A stretch of DNA of 64,000 nt from Acidobacteriota bacterium. GTDB taxonomy: Bacteria; Acidobacteriota; UBA6911; RPQK01; CBDEGM01. Both the position numbers and the translations under genes were made by a program. Below, one piece after another: positions 18,886-28,585 of the stretch (position 1 is the first letter of the stretch; every line of letters begins with the position of its first letter). The stretch spans positions 519,913 through 583,912 of the forward strand of contig CBDEGM010000003.1 of the NCBI GenBank assembly GCA_965237715.1. Direction: 5' to 3'. Below the pieces are notes generated by a model, which saw nothing but the letters and a program-made list of their open reading frames with translations, was not told the DNA's origin and made no database searches.

Positions 18886-20235
18886 GCACGCCCAACTGGG
18901 CCAACCAGACCATCTGGACCGGGGATAACCTGCCGATCATGCGGGGCATGAACTCGGAGTCGGTAGACCTTATCTACTTAGACCCCCCCCTTCAACAGCA
19001 ATACGAACTACGCTGCTCCCATTGGCAGCAAGGCTGCTGGAGCCGAGTTCAAGGACACCTGGACCCTCACAGACATCAACGTCGAGTGGGTGAACCTGAT
19101 CGAGTCCAAGCACCCCGCTCTCCACCGTGTCCTGTTGGCGGCGATGACTTCCAGCGACAAGTCCTATCTGATCTACATGGCCGCTCGACTTCTCGAAATC
19201 AGGAGGATTCTCAAGCCCAAAGGCTCGATCTACCTGCACTGTGACCCGACCATGAGCCACTACCTCAAACTGCTCATGGACGCGGTTTTCGGTAAACGTA
19301 AATTCAGAAACGAAATCATCTGGAAGCGCAACTCATCACATAACGACTCGAAGGCATTTGGCCGCGTGGTCGACTCGCTCCTATTCTACGGCCCGCCAAT
19401 AAGGACCGATTCCGTCCGTGTCCCGCTAAGCACAGATTACACTGAGAAGTTTTACCGTCACCGGGACCACCGAGGGCTGTATCGACACGACAACATTATT
19501 CGATCCGCATCGATGGGCGAACGGCCTAACCTGACCTATGAGTACAAAGGCTTTACGCCACCCTTTGGGTGGCGAATGACCAAAGACAAGATAACGGCGC
19601 TGGACGCGGAAAACCGAATAGCTTGGTCTGCATCTGGGCGACCCTATCTGAAACGCTATTTGAGTGAGAACAAGGGGCAGGTTCCGTCGGCGATCTGGAC
19701 CGATATTTCGCCAATTTCAGGCCATGCCAAGGAACGAGTCGGCTATCCGACGCAGAAACCTGTCGCGCTACTGGCTCGCATCATCCAAGCAAGCTCCAAC
19801 ACGGGTGATATGGTTCTGGACCCGTTCTGCGGATGCGCCACGGCCTCCATTACGGCTCAGGGTTTACACAGGCAGTGGGTAGGAATCGATATCTCTCCCA
19901 AGGCCGCCGATCTAGTTCAACAGAGAATGCATGACGAACTGGGCCTATTTTCCAAGGTCATCCACCGCACGGATACTCCCAAACGCACGGACCTAGGAAC
20001 GCTCCCTAGGTACAACTCCGATGCCAATCGAAAGGAGATCTACGGCGATCAGGAAGGTCACTGCAACGGATGTCGGATCCACTTCGAGCTACGCAACTTG
20101 GAGGTAGGCCACATCATCTCCAAGGGCAAAGGCGGGACCGATCACATTGGAAACCTGCAACTTCTTTGTGGGAACTGTAATCGGATCAAAGGAGACCGTG
20201 GCATGGAGTACCTGAAAGCGAAGCTACAGATATGA
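18882..20235 (+). pseudogene. beta-class N6-adenine/N4-cytosine DNA methyltransferase fused to C-terminal HNH endonuclease; reading frame broken at a C8 homopolymer (18983..18990)
   Basis: N-terminus MSTPNWANQTIW..SVDLIYLDPP is in frame 0. With C7 instead of C8 it would read DPPFNSNTNY...KDTWT..., motif IV, and continue into the 19090..20235 frame. That frame carries HPTQKP-like GYPTQKPVALLARII, motif I VLDPFCGCATA, and the HNH motif HCNGC...HIISK...GNLQLLCGNCN. Confidence 0.7.
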
Positions 20236-21258
20236 GAAAACGACCTGACTATGGAAACGCAACCCCGGAAGACTTGGTGAGAGCTCTTCTGCGCGTGCAC
20301 CGGAAGACAGCCCGTTATCGGCAATCAGTTCCTGGTACATCAGTTGTTTCCCAGCCAAGCCCCGCACAACCCGTCTCATCTGGTGCAGAGTGTCCAGCTG
20401 GCGAAGGTTGTGCTTCCCAGCGAACTCACGAACATAGCGATCCAGATGTTTAGGACTGATCTTGTGAAAGACTCCCGTATGCGCCCTTTTGAGCATAGAC
20501 CAGAAGCTCTCGACGCCATTGGTATACGCTTTCCCTCGCACATACTCACCAATCGAGTGCTTAACCGTCTCATGATTCGGAAGGGTGTGGTAGGTCAAAG
20601 CGTCATCGGTGTAGATTTTGGTTCCCAGCTTGACGTGCTCCATAATGAAAAGGCTCATGGTCTCAGACTTGGTATTGCGGACAACTTGGGCGGAGACTTG
20701 ATTAGAGGATCGATCTTTGATCCCCGCTACAGCCATTTTGCCAGTCGGTCCACGACCACTCATCTGAGCTCTCTTGGTCTTGTTCATGTTCCTGCGCTTT
20801 CCTCCTATGTAGGTCTCATCGACTTCGACCGGGCCGGAGAAAGACGTTCCACCGTTTTTAGTTCTGGTCCAGGCTTCTCGAATTCTGTGGAGCATGAACC
20901 ATGCAGCGGGTTGACTGACCCCAATGTCGCTCGCCAACTTGGTGGAGGCGATGCTCTTCAAACTGGTCAGTTCCAGATAAATGGCCATAGCCCATTTGTG
21001 GAGCGAGAGGTTTGTTTTGGCAATGGGCGTCCCAGTGCGGACCGAGAAATACCGCTCGCAATCTCGGCACCGATACGGCATGGGCTTTCGGTTGGGCACG
21101 GTGTAGGTATTGGTGGACCCGCAATGCCCACAACACCTTTCCTCTGGCCACAGTGTCTTTTCAAACCACTCCTCAGCTGCTTTTTCGTTGGGGAACATGT
21201 CCATCAAGTGGATAATGTTGAGTTTCCTGCGTTGCCGGTTTCTTGTTTGTTTTCCCAT
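20224..21258 (-). CDS. IS1595-family (ISXO2-like) transposase
   Basis: N-terminal zinc ribbon CCGHCGS...YRCRDCERYFSVRTGT, then the ISXO2-like DDE domain (VEVDETYIGGK...). 344 aa. Confidence 0.85.
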   Translation of the reverse strand: MGKQTRNRQRRKLNIIHLMDMFPNEKAAEEWFEKTLWPEERCCGHCGSTNTYTVPNRKPMPYRCRDCERYFSVRTGTPIAKTNLSLHKWAMAIYLELTSLKSIASTKLASDIGVSQPAAWFMLHRIREAWTRTKNGGTSFSGPVEVDETYIGGKRRNMNKTKRAQMSGRGPTGKMAVAGIKDRSSNQVSAQVVRNTKSETMSLFIMEHVKLGTKIYTDDALTYHTLPNHETVKHSIGEYVRGKAYTNGVESFWSMLKRAHTGVFHKISPKHLDRYVREFAGKHNLRQLDTLHQMRRVVRGLAGKQLMYQELIADNGLSSGARAEELSPSLPGLRFHSQVVFSYL

Positions 21259-21337
21259 AGGAGTATTATATGTCAGGAGAAGGGAAAAGTCAAGTAGGTC
21301 TTATAATCCCCTTAGGAATCTATGCCTTGGTGCTTTG

Positions 21338-22012
21338 GTGGTAAGAAGAAAAAGTAGAGGGCAGGAAAAGGAGCAGTATCGGGTATCGGAAATTGTTCGG
21401 CGCCTGGCCGATGAGTACCCGGACGCGACCTGCGCCCTCTACCACGAAACCCCCTACCAGCTTCTTGTGGCCACTATTCTCTCGGCGCAGTGCACTGACG
21501 CCCGCGTCAACATGGTTACTCCCCAACTGTTCCGGCGTTATCCAAACCCGGGAGCCATGTCCCGTGCGAAGCAGCCTGCAATGGAAAAACAGATCCGAAG
21601 TACTGGCTTTTTTCGAAACAAGGCCAAGAGCCTGATTGGAACCTCGAAAAAGCTGGTCGGCGAGTTTGCAGGGGAGGTACCGAAAAGGATGGAGGATCTT
21701 CTGCAGCTGCCCGGGGTAGCCCGCAAGACGGCCAACGTGGTCTTAGGAACAGCCTATGGAATCCCCAGCGGGGTCGTGGTGGACACTCATGTCAGTCGTC
21801 TCTCCCGTCGTCTCGGCCTCAGCAGCTCAGAGAACGCCGAGAAGATCGAAAAGGAACTCATGGATCAACTCCCTCAGGAGCAGTGGATTGATTTCTCCCA
21901 CTGGCTGATTCATCACGGGCGCCGTGTCTGTCGAGCCCAAAAGCCCCACTGTAAACAGTGCGTGCTGGCCGATCTGTGCCCCTATTACCAGGAAATGGTT
22001 TCAGGTCGATGA
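21338..22012 (+). CDS. nth: endonuclease III (DNA-(apurinic/apyrimidinic site) lyase)
   Basis: HhH-GPD LQLPGVARKTANVV and the C-terminal CRAQKPHCKQCVLADLC [4Fe-4S] cluster loop. GTG/TTG start at 21335-21338, only 16-19 bp downstream of the IS1595 right-hand TSD. Confidence 0.85.
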   Translation: MVRRKSRGQEKEQYRVSEIVRRLADEYPDATCALYHETPYQLLVATILSAQCTDARVNMVTPQLFRRYPNPGAMSRAKQPAMEKQIRSTGFFRNKAKSLIGTSKKLVGEFAGEVPKRMEDLLQLPGVARKTANVVLGTAYGIPSGVVVDTHVSRLSRRLGLSSSENAEKIEKELMDQLPQEQWIDFSHWLIHHGRRVCRAQKPHCKQCVLADLCPYYQEMVSGR

Positions 22013-22207
22013 CCTTTACCTGACCCCAGCGGGCATAGCCTGGTACTATGGTTGGCAGGATAGCTGGGATTGTGAAACCCATGAACCTTACATGGCGTCA
22101 CTCCTCAGTCGGGGCGAGGCGCTTGAGTTCCTGGTATAGTGCATCTTGAGCAAGCCTTGGAGACGAGGGTCGGAGCGTGCCGCCGCAATCCGACAGAAAA
22201 GGTGAAG

Positions 22208-23275
22208 ATGGACAACATTTCATCGCTTCGAATGGAAATCAAGCAGCGTGGATGGTACAAAAAGGCGACTGGCAAAATACTTCTCGAGCTGGCGTTGCAG
22301 CTGACCGTAGCCCTGGGTGGAATAGCCGTTTTCATCATTTCAGACTCCATCTTTGTGTGCGCGTGCGCCATGCTGCTTTCCACGGCTGGTTCCATGGGAG
22401 TGGGTACTAACAGCCACACCTCGTCTCACTATGGAACAAGCGACAAGAAATGGCTAAATGAGCTTCTCACTTACTTCGGTTTTCCTGTATTTCTTGGACT
22501 GTCGGCCAGCTACTGGCGTTACATGCACGTGATTCGTCATCACCCTGCACCCAACGTCATGGGAATGGACATGGATCATGATCTCATGCCATGGTTCTCC
22601 ATGATCGAGAAACAAGTCCAGAAAACGACCGGGCTCCGCCGCTTCTACCATGAGCGAATTCAATCGATTGCATTCCCGTTCGCACTGGTGCTCAATGGTT
22701 TCAGCTTTCAAATTGCCGGGTGGCGGCACCTGCTTGCCGTTCTCCGAAATACACAGAAGCGGAAGAAGATTCACTGGATCGATCTGGGCGCCATGGTGAC
22801 CTACTGGGTGATCTGGCTGGGAGTTCCCATGGTTTTCTTTCCAGCCACGGACGTAGTGTTGTTTTATCTACTTCGGATCGGGTTGATAGGTTACGCGATG
22901 TTCGCAGTTCTAGCCCCCGGCCACTACCCCGCCGAAGCAGTCTGCCTTGCGAAGGATCACGGAGAGCAGGATTCCGTATTGCGGTTAACCGCGACTACGC
23001 TCAACTTTCGGACCGGACTGTTGGGGCGATTCATTTGCTCCGGCCTGGAGTATCAAATCGAGCATCATCTGTTCCCCGGTGTGAGTCACGTCTATTATCC
23101 GAAGATGAGCAAACTCGTGGAAGACTTCTGCCGGAAGAACAGGTATCCGTACCGCACTCTAAACTGGGACCAAGCTGTCTGGAAGAGCCTTGATGTGTTT
23201 CGTGCGCCGAAAGTGGTGCAACCTAGCCTGCAACGGACAGAGACGAAACGATCTGTCTTGGGCTTCGGGCAATAG
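22208..23275 (+). CDS. membrane fatty-acid desaturase family protein (His-box di-iron enzyme)
   Basis: Histidine boxes HVIRHH and [14 protein letters not shown], with several TM helices. Confidence 0.7.
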   Translation: MDNISSLRMEIKQRGWYKKATGKILLELALQLTVALGGIAVFIISDSIFVCACAMLLSTAGSMGVGTNSHTSSHYGTSDKKWLNELLTYFGFPVFLGLSASYWRYMHVIRHHPAPNVMGMDMDHDLMPWFSMIEKQVQKTTGLRRFYHERIQSIAFPFALVLNGFSFQIAGWRHLLAVLRNTQKRKKIHWIDLGAMVTYWVIWLGVPMVFFPATDVVLFYLLRIGLIGYAMFAVLAPGHYPAEAVCLAKDHGEQDSVLRLTATTLNFRTGLLGRFICSGLEYQIEHHLFPGVSHVYYPKMSKLVEDFCRKNRYPYRTLNWDQAVWKSLDVFRAPKVVQPSLQRTETKRSVLGFGQ

Positions 23276-23291
23276 AGGAAGGACAAAGATC

Positions 23292-24953
23292 TTGTCGATA
23301 GAAGACCACTACGACGCCATCAGAGAATTGATTCATGTGGGCAAACAAAAAGGATATCTGGCTTACGACGAGGTGATCGAAGTCCTCCCTCACGACGTTT
23401 GTTCCTCGGAAAATCTGGATGACATCTTCAATCTTTTTGAGGATGCCGGGATCGAAATGATCGAACCCAGGCAGCGGTTCGAAGCAATCCAAAAGAGAAT
23501 CCTCACTAAGACTGAAACGGAAGACCAGGATCAGGATGTAGTTCTGTGGGCTAAGAGCCTGGACAAAAACCATGATGCGGTTCGAATCTATCTGAGGGAA
23601 ATGGGCACGGTGCCTCTCTTGAGCCGACAGGCCGAAGTGGAAATTGCGAAGCGGATTGAAAAGAGCCAGGAGACCGTGCTGAAAGCTTTATCTCAATCCC
23701 CGGTCGTGGTGGCCGAAGTGTTGAGGTACGGCGATGAATTGAGAAAGGACGACATCAATATCAAGGATCTGGTCAATTTCAATAATGAGGAGATCACCGA
23801 GGAGGTCCTGGTCAGGCGCCGCAAAGAGGTTTTACGTAGGATCAACAAGATCCGACACGAGGATCAGGAAGCTGCGAAAGTCCAAAAACGGTTGTGCAAG
23901 GCTCGCAAGGATGGACGGACATCTAAGAAACTTCTTTCCCAGCTGGCCCTCTATCGGATGCGCATGGAACGAGGGATCTGTCGGGTGAATCTCAATCCGG
24001 CCACTCGTGCCGAACTGGTCTGTACCATAAAAGATGCCGTAGGCCGAATCGTGGAGCTGGAGCGAGAAAGAAACAATCTGAAAAGGGTGCACGATTCCAC
24101 GCAGAGGGTCATTGAGACGAAACACACCAAGCTCCGCTTGCGGGAAATTGAAAAGGAGATGAAGGAGATCGTGGAGAAAGTCCCGGCTTCTCCTGCGAAT
24201 CTGAAAAGGACCCTAGCCACCATTAGGCAGGCAGAACTGGGAGCGGAGATCGCAAAGAAACAACTGGTGGAGGCCAACTTGCGGCTGGTCGTCTCAATCG
24301 CCAAAAAGTATGGCAAACGAGGGCTCGACTTCCTGGACCTCATCCAGGAAGGAAACATTGGGCTGATGACGGCGGTGGACAAATTCGACTACCGACGAGG
24401 CTATAAGTTTTCCACGTATGCTCACTGGTGGATTCGCCAGGGCATTACTCGAGCCATTTCTGACCAGGCCCGAACCATCCGTATTCCCGTCCACATGGTC
24501 GATGCCGTGAACAAGTTGATGCGGACATCACACTCTTTGACCCAGGAGTATGGTCGGGAGCCAACCTGGGAAGAAATCGCCAAGAAAATGGACATTCCGG
24601 TGAGCAAGGTCCGGAAAGTCTTCAAAACCACCCAAATGCCGATCTCCCTGGAGACACCCATCCGGGAAGGAGAAAACAGGTACTTGAGTGATTTTATTGA
24701 GGACCGCGGGGTGATTTCACCGGCTGACATCGCAACTGATATCCTCTTAAAGGATCAGACGGCAGCGGTCTTACAAAACTTGACTCCACGCGAAGCGCAG
24801 GTGATTCGCATGCGCTTCGGCATCGGGGATGGGAGTGAACATACCTTGGAGGAGGTGGGCCAACGTTTCTCGCTCACCCGAGAGCGGATTCGCCAGATCG
24901 AGGTCAAGGCACTGCGCAAGCTGCGGAAACCATGGCATAGTGCCCGATGCTGA
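23292..24953 (+). CDS. rpoD: RNA polymerase sigma-70 factor RpoD
   Basis: Regions 2-4: [35 protein letters not shown]..., region 4 [23 protein letters not shown] start at 23292 with an aggaagg RBS chosen over the overlapping upstream ATG; start is uncertain. Confidence 0.85.
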   Translation: MSIEDHYDAIRELIHVGKQKGYLAYDEVIEVLPHDVCSSENLDDIFNLFEDAGIEMIEPRQRFEAIQKRILTKTETEDQDQDVVLWAKSLDKNHDAVRIYLREMGTVPLLSRQAEVEIAKRIEKSQETVLKALSQSPVVVAEVLRYGDELRKDDINIKDLVNFNNEEITEEVLVRRRKEVLRRINKIRHEDQEAAKVQKRLCKARKDGRTSKKLLSQLALYRMRMERGICRVNLNPATRAELVCTIKDAVGRIVELERERNNLKRVHDSTQRVIETKHTKLRLREIEKEMKEIVEKVPASPANLKRTLATIRQAELGAEIAKKQLVEANLRLVVSIAKKYGKRGLDFLDLIQEGNIGLMTAVDKFDYRRGYKFSTYAHWWIRQGITRAISDQARTIRIPVHMVDAVNKLMRTSHSLTQEYGREPTWEEIAKKMDIPVSKVRKVFKTTQMPISLETPIREGENRYLSDFIEDRGVISPADIATDILLKDQTAAVLQNLTPREAQVIRMRFGIGDGSEHTLEEVGQRFSLTRERIRQIEVKALRKLRKPWHSARC

Positions 24954-25025
24954 GTCTGCCATTGATCTGGAAGGGATCTCCTATATGGGATCCCCGTGCG
25001 GCAGCTTTGCTTCACACTCATTTCA

Positions 25026-25200
25026 CACTGAGTACTCTCTTTCATAAATACGGTAACGTATGCGGATGGGGCGGGACGGGCCCATCTCTTTGTTGCTCCT
25101 CCTCGCCGATGTCTCGACATCGACTCGTCGTCGCGCCTCGATCTGGTCTGGGTCGCGCTCCCAACATACGTCATCGTATTTGTAAAAGTGAGTACTTAGT
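25026..25200. mobile_element. MITE-like palindromic element, copy 1 (AGTACT-terminated, about 175 bp)
   Basis: Ends are AGTACTCTCTTTCATAAATACG ... CGTATTTGTAAAAGTGAGTACT. The reverse complement of the interior matches the first ~150 bp of 51684..51976 at roughly 90% identity. Confidence 0.7.
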
Positions 25201-25212
25201 TGTATAGTCTGC

Positions 25213-26796
25213 ATGAGTTTCAATGTTGGAATAGTCAAGACGCGAACAGAAAGGGGTTTCTCCATGGGACTTCCGCGACCCAACAACGACGCGAGCATCT
25301 TTTTGGTCAATCCGGCACCCGCAGCGGAGCGAATTCAGTTCTCTTTTATCACTCCCAGAGCCTTGCCCGTGCTGGCGGCTGCCACGCCCGAGCGTTTCTC
25401 TGAAAGACTCAGGCTGATCGATCAAACTTTGGAAGAGTTTCCCCTTGACGAACTGCGATCTGGGGATCTCGTCGGGATCAGCATCCACACCTTTAATGCG
25501 ATTCATGGCTATGAATTGGCCCGCAAGGCCAAGAAACGAGGGGCAGTGGTGGTCTTTGGCGGGCCGCACACGTCGGTCTTCCCCGAAGAGACGCTGCGCT
25601 TCGGAGATGCAGCCGTCACGGGAGATGGTGAGGTGATTTGGGAGAAGTTGCTAGAGGACTATTGGAAAGGGTCTCTGAGCACCATTTACAAAGGGGGCCG
25701 GGTCAGCCCGGGAGATTTTAGACCGGCTCGTTGGGACCTTCTGCCTCTTGAAAAGTATCTCTGTGCCTCCATCCAAACGGTGCGCGGCTGCCCGAAACAG
25801 TGCTCCTTTTGCTCGGTTTGGGTGCAGGATGGCCGCGTCCCCAGGGTTCGCACCAACGACGCCATTTTGCAAGAGGTTCAATACCTTTATCAGGCCGGGT
25901 TTCGTCTGGTGATGTTTGCTGACGATAACTTTTATCCATACACCCTAACCGACATCGAGCAGGCCCGTTCAACGGAGGAAAGAAAACAGCTGGAAGAGGG
26001 AATGGAGCACCGTTTAGAACTCCTCCGCCGCCTGGAGTTCGAGGTCCCCAATGACATGTTTTTTTGTACGCAGATCACGATGGAGGTGGCCGATGATCCG
26101 GAATACCTGGCGGCCATGAAAAAAGCCGGAGTCGCAGGTGCGTTGATTGGCATCGAAACGATTACGGAAGAAGGGTTGAAGGCAACTCGCAAGTTTTTCA
26201 ACTCCACCGGCGAAACGCTTGCACAGAAATTGGAGACAATCCGAAGAGACGGGTTCCCGTACATCATGGGAGCTTTTATCTTCGGGATCGAAAGCGATAC
26301 GATTGAGAGCCTGGACGAGACGATCCAATTTGCGAGGGACTGCGGGATTGCACTGGCCCAGTTCATTCCGATGACTCCACTGCCTGGAACCGTGGACTTT
26401 AATTTGATGAGGAAGGGAAAAAAGGCGTTTAAAGAGATCAGGCCGGATTACGACTATTGGCTCGATCCCCAACACCCACGAATTCTTTACCACCACCCGC
26501 ATATGAAGGAGGGGCAGATTCTGGAGCGAGTCGAAAGGGCCTGGAAAGACTTCTACGGTGTCTTCTCGATCTTGAAACGGGCCAAGCGCTTTCGTTTCGT
26601 CCAGGATCCGAGGAAGTTTCTGGCCTACCTTGTGGTTTGCAGGGGGCTGCTGACGCGCTACCGCCGTTACGGGCTTTCGGCCGACAGCGCGGTACGCGGG
26701 ACCAAGCGAACATTCGCCACCTTCTTGGGGCGGCTTGCCTTGTCATTGATGAAAAGGGATCGAACCGACGTGGCTTGCCAACTACAGGACATGTGA
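25213..26796 (+). CDS. B12-binding domain-containing radical SAM protein (paralog 1)
   Basis: N-terminal cobalamin-binding-like domain (DLVGISIHTFNA...VVVFGGPH). Radical SAM CxxxCxxC as GCPKQCSFCSV. Confidence 0.75.
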   Translation: MSFNVGIVKTRTERGFSMGLPRPNNDASIFLVNPAPAAERIQFSFITPRALPVLAAATPERFSERLRLIDQTLEEFPLDELRSGDLVGISIHTFNAIHGYELARKAKKRGAVVVFGGPHTSVFPEETLRFGDAAVTGDGEVIWEKLLEDYWKGSLSTIYKGGRVSPGDFRPARWDLLPLEKYLCASIQTVRGCPKQCSFCSVWVQDGRVPRVRTNDAILQEVQYLYQAGFRLVMFADDNFYPYTLTDIEQARSTEERKQLEEGMEHRLELLRRLEFEVPNDMFFCTQITMEVADDPEYLAAMKKAGVAGALIGIETITEEGLKATRKFFNSTGETLAQKLETIRRDGFPYIMGAFIFGIESDTIESLDETIQFARDCGIALAQFIPMTPLPGTVDFNLMRKGKKAFKEIRPDYDYWLDPQHPRILYHHPHMKEGQILERVERAWKDFYGVFSILKRAKRFRFVQDPRKFLAYLVVCRGLLTRYRRYGLSADSAVRGTKRTFATFLGRLALSLMKRDRTDVACQLQDM

Positions 26797-26809
26797 TCGA
26801 GGATCAGAA

Positions 26810-28396
26810 ATGAACATTCTCCTGTACAACCCCGACAATGAAGTGACACGGAACTATATGCCACACCTCTGGATGTTCGTTCTGCAAGCATTGACTCCTC
26901 CCGAACACAAAGTGTTTCTCATCGATGGGAATGTTCAACCATTGACGGAAAAAGAAATCGCAGATTTCGTCAGGAAGAATGAGATCAAGCTCGCTGGAAT
27001 CGGTGCCATGACTCGCATGGCGGCCCGTGCTTATCGAATGGCGGATTCAATCCGCGGCGCTGGCGCCAAGGTCGTCATGGGAGGGCCCCACGTCACGGAG
27101 GTGCCGGATGAACCCTTAGGACGAGACAGCGAGCCTCGCCACGCCGATGCTGTTGCTCTCGGAGAGGCTGATAATACCTGGCCGGAAGTCGTGCAAGACG
27201 CCGAACGAGGCGAGCTCCGGGAAGTCTACTTGCCCGTGGATGCAACGGGAAAGGAGATCAAGCCGTCCCTGGAAAACTATCCACTTATACCCTGGGAGCG
27301 GTTGGATCTGGACCAGTTCGACCTCATCAAGAAGATACCTGGCTGGGTGAGCCGCGTTATGAAACGAGCGGGAATCCACCTCTGGAACAGCTTTTATGTG
27401 CTCCCCGTCGAATCCGGGCGCGGTTGTCCTTACGGCTGTGACTTTTGCACGGTGACTGGTTTCTTCGGAGACTCCATTCGGTTTCGGACAGACAAGAGTG
27501 TGGTTGATGAGCTGCTCCGCATCAAAAATCGAGCCAAGGCCGAAGGAGGAAGGGTTGCGGTCTTCTTCATCGACGACAACTTCGCCATCAACGTAAAAAG
27601 AACCAAGTCGCTGCTGCGTGAAATCATCGCGCGTAATGCCATATTGCCATGGGTGGCTCAAATCAGTGCGAATCTACTTCGTGACGAAGAGCTGGTCGAC
27701 CTGATCGCTGCCAGTGGCGGCCGTTGGATATTCATGGGACTCGAATCGATTGACACGGAGACCCTGAAAGATGTCAACAAAGGGTTCAACAAGCCGGCTC
27801 AATACGGAGCGATTATAAACCGCTTGAGACATCGAGGAATTTATGCCATCACTTCCTTCATTTTCGGTATGGACGGGGACCGCTTTGGGGTCGCAGCAAA
27901 GACACTTGAGGCCATAGAGTCTTGGCCCCCAGGCCTTCCCGTATTCGGGCTCCTCACACCTTACCCGGCCACCCCCCTTTATGATCGCCTGCTCCAACAG
28001 AACCGCCTCACACGGCCCAAGCACTGGCTCGATTTCCGTCCTTTCCGGATGGCCTTCACGCCCAAGAACATGAGCGTGGAACAGGCGGAAGCCGAAGTTC
28101 ACGAGGCCTGGGATCGACGCTACAGCTCACAGGCGATTGCGTCTGCTCTCAAAAAGATCGAGGAACGCCCGTTTGGTGAACGCCTGACCCTGTTCTTCGC
28201 GCAACTCGCCTTTCGCGGCATCTATTTTCCCCAAATGACGGCATGGCACTGGATCTCCCTGTTGTTCAGCAACCGGAGGACCTTGATGCAGTTAATGGGT
28301 GAAGGCTTAGCTGAACATAGAAAAGGTCGCACGAGCGTTGAGGCCAACGTCCTCAGGTCGGCACCGGTGGAACAGTCGCAACGCAAAGCCCACTAG
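26810..28396 (+). CDS. B12-binding domain-containing radical SAM protein (paralog 2)
   Basis: Same architecture as paralog 1. GRGCPYGCDFCTV radical-SAM cysteine triad. FFIDDNF matches FADDNF in paralog 1. Confidence 0.75.
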   Translation: MNILLYNPDNEVTRNYMPHLWMFVLQALTPPEHKVFLIDGNVQPLTEKEIADFVRKNEIKLAGIGAMTRMAARAYRMADSIRGAGAKVVMGGPHVTEVPDEPLGRDSEPRHADAVALGEADNTWPEVVQDAERGELREVYLPVDATGKEIKPSLENYPLIPWERLDLDQFDLIKKIPGWVSRVMKRAGIHLWNSFYVLPVESGRGCPYGCDFCTVTGFFGDSIRFRTDKSVVDELLRIKNRAKAEGGRVAVFFIDDNFAINVKRTKSLLREIIARNAILPWVAQISANLLRDEELVDLIAASGGRWIFMGLESIDTETLKDVNKGFNKPAQYGAIINRLRHRGIYAITSFIFGMDGDRFGVAAKTLEAIESWPPGLPVFGLLTPYPATPLYDRLLQQNRLTRPKHWLDFRPFRMAFTPKNMSVEQAEAEVHEAWDRRYSSQAIASALKKIEERPFGERLTLFFAQLAFRGIYFPQMTAWHWISLLFSNRRTLMQLMGEGLAEHRKGRTSVEANVLRSAPVEQSQRKAH

Positions 28397-28398
28397 CA

Positions 28399-28485
28399 GC
28401 CTGCATTTCTCATCACTCCTCTACTGCGTCGGTGTCGCCTTCACCTGAGCGAAGTGAAGAAAGCATCTGGCCTGACTGCGTTGCG
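28399..28485. repeat. intergenic repeat family A copy 2
   Basis: gcctgcatttctcatcactcctctactgcgtcggtgtcgccttcacctgagcgaagtgaagaaagcatctggcctgactgcgttgcg. Matches 14009..14095. Confidence 0.7.
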
Positions 28486-28585
28486 ACACTCGTGAGTTAT
28501 TCGGGTCCTGGTTCCCCCTCGGCCAGGGTTGGAAGCTGTGCTGCTTCCCATGCCGCTATCCCACCCACCAGATCAGCACTGCCCG

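Larger units (their letters stand above)
18233..21311. mobile_element. IS1595-family insertion sequence (3.08 kb) with passenger genes; 22-bp imperfect terminal IRs and 8-bp TSD TTAGGAAT
   Basis: IRL is 18234..18255 gggaatataagacctacttgac. IRR is 21289..21310, whose reverse complement is gggattataagacctacttgac (21/22 match). Direct repeat ttaggaat at 18225..18232 and 21312..21319. Interior has lower GC. Transposase at 20224..21258(-). Confidence 0.8.
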
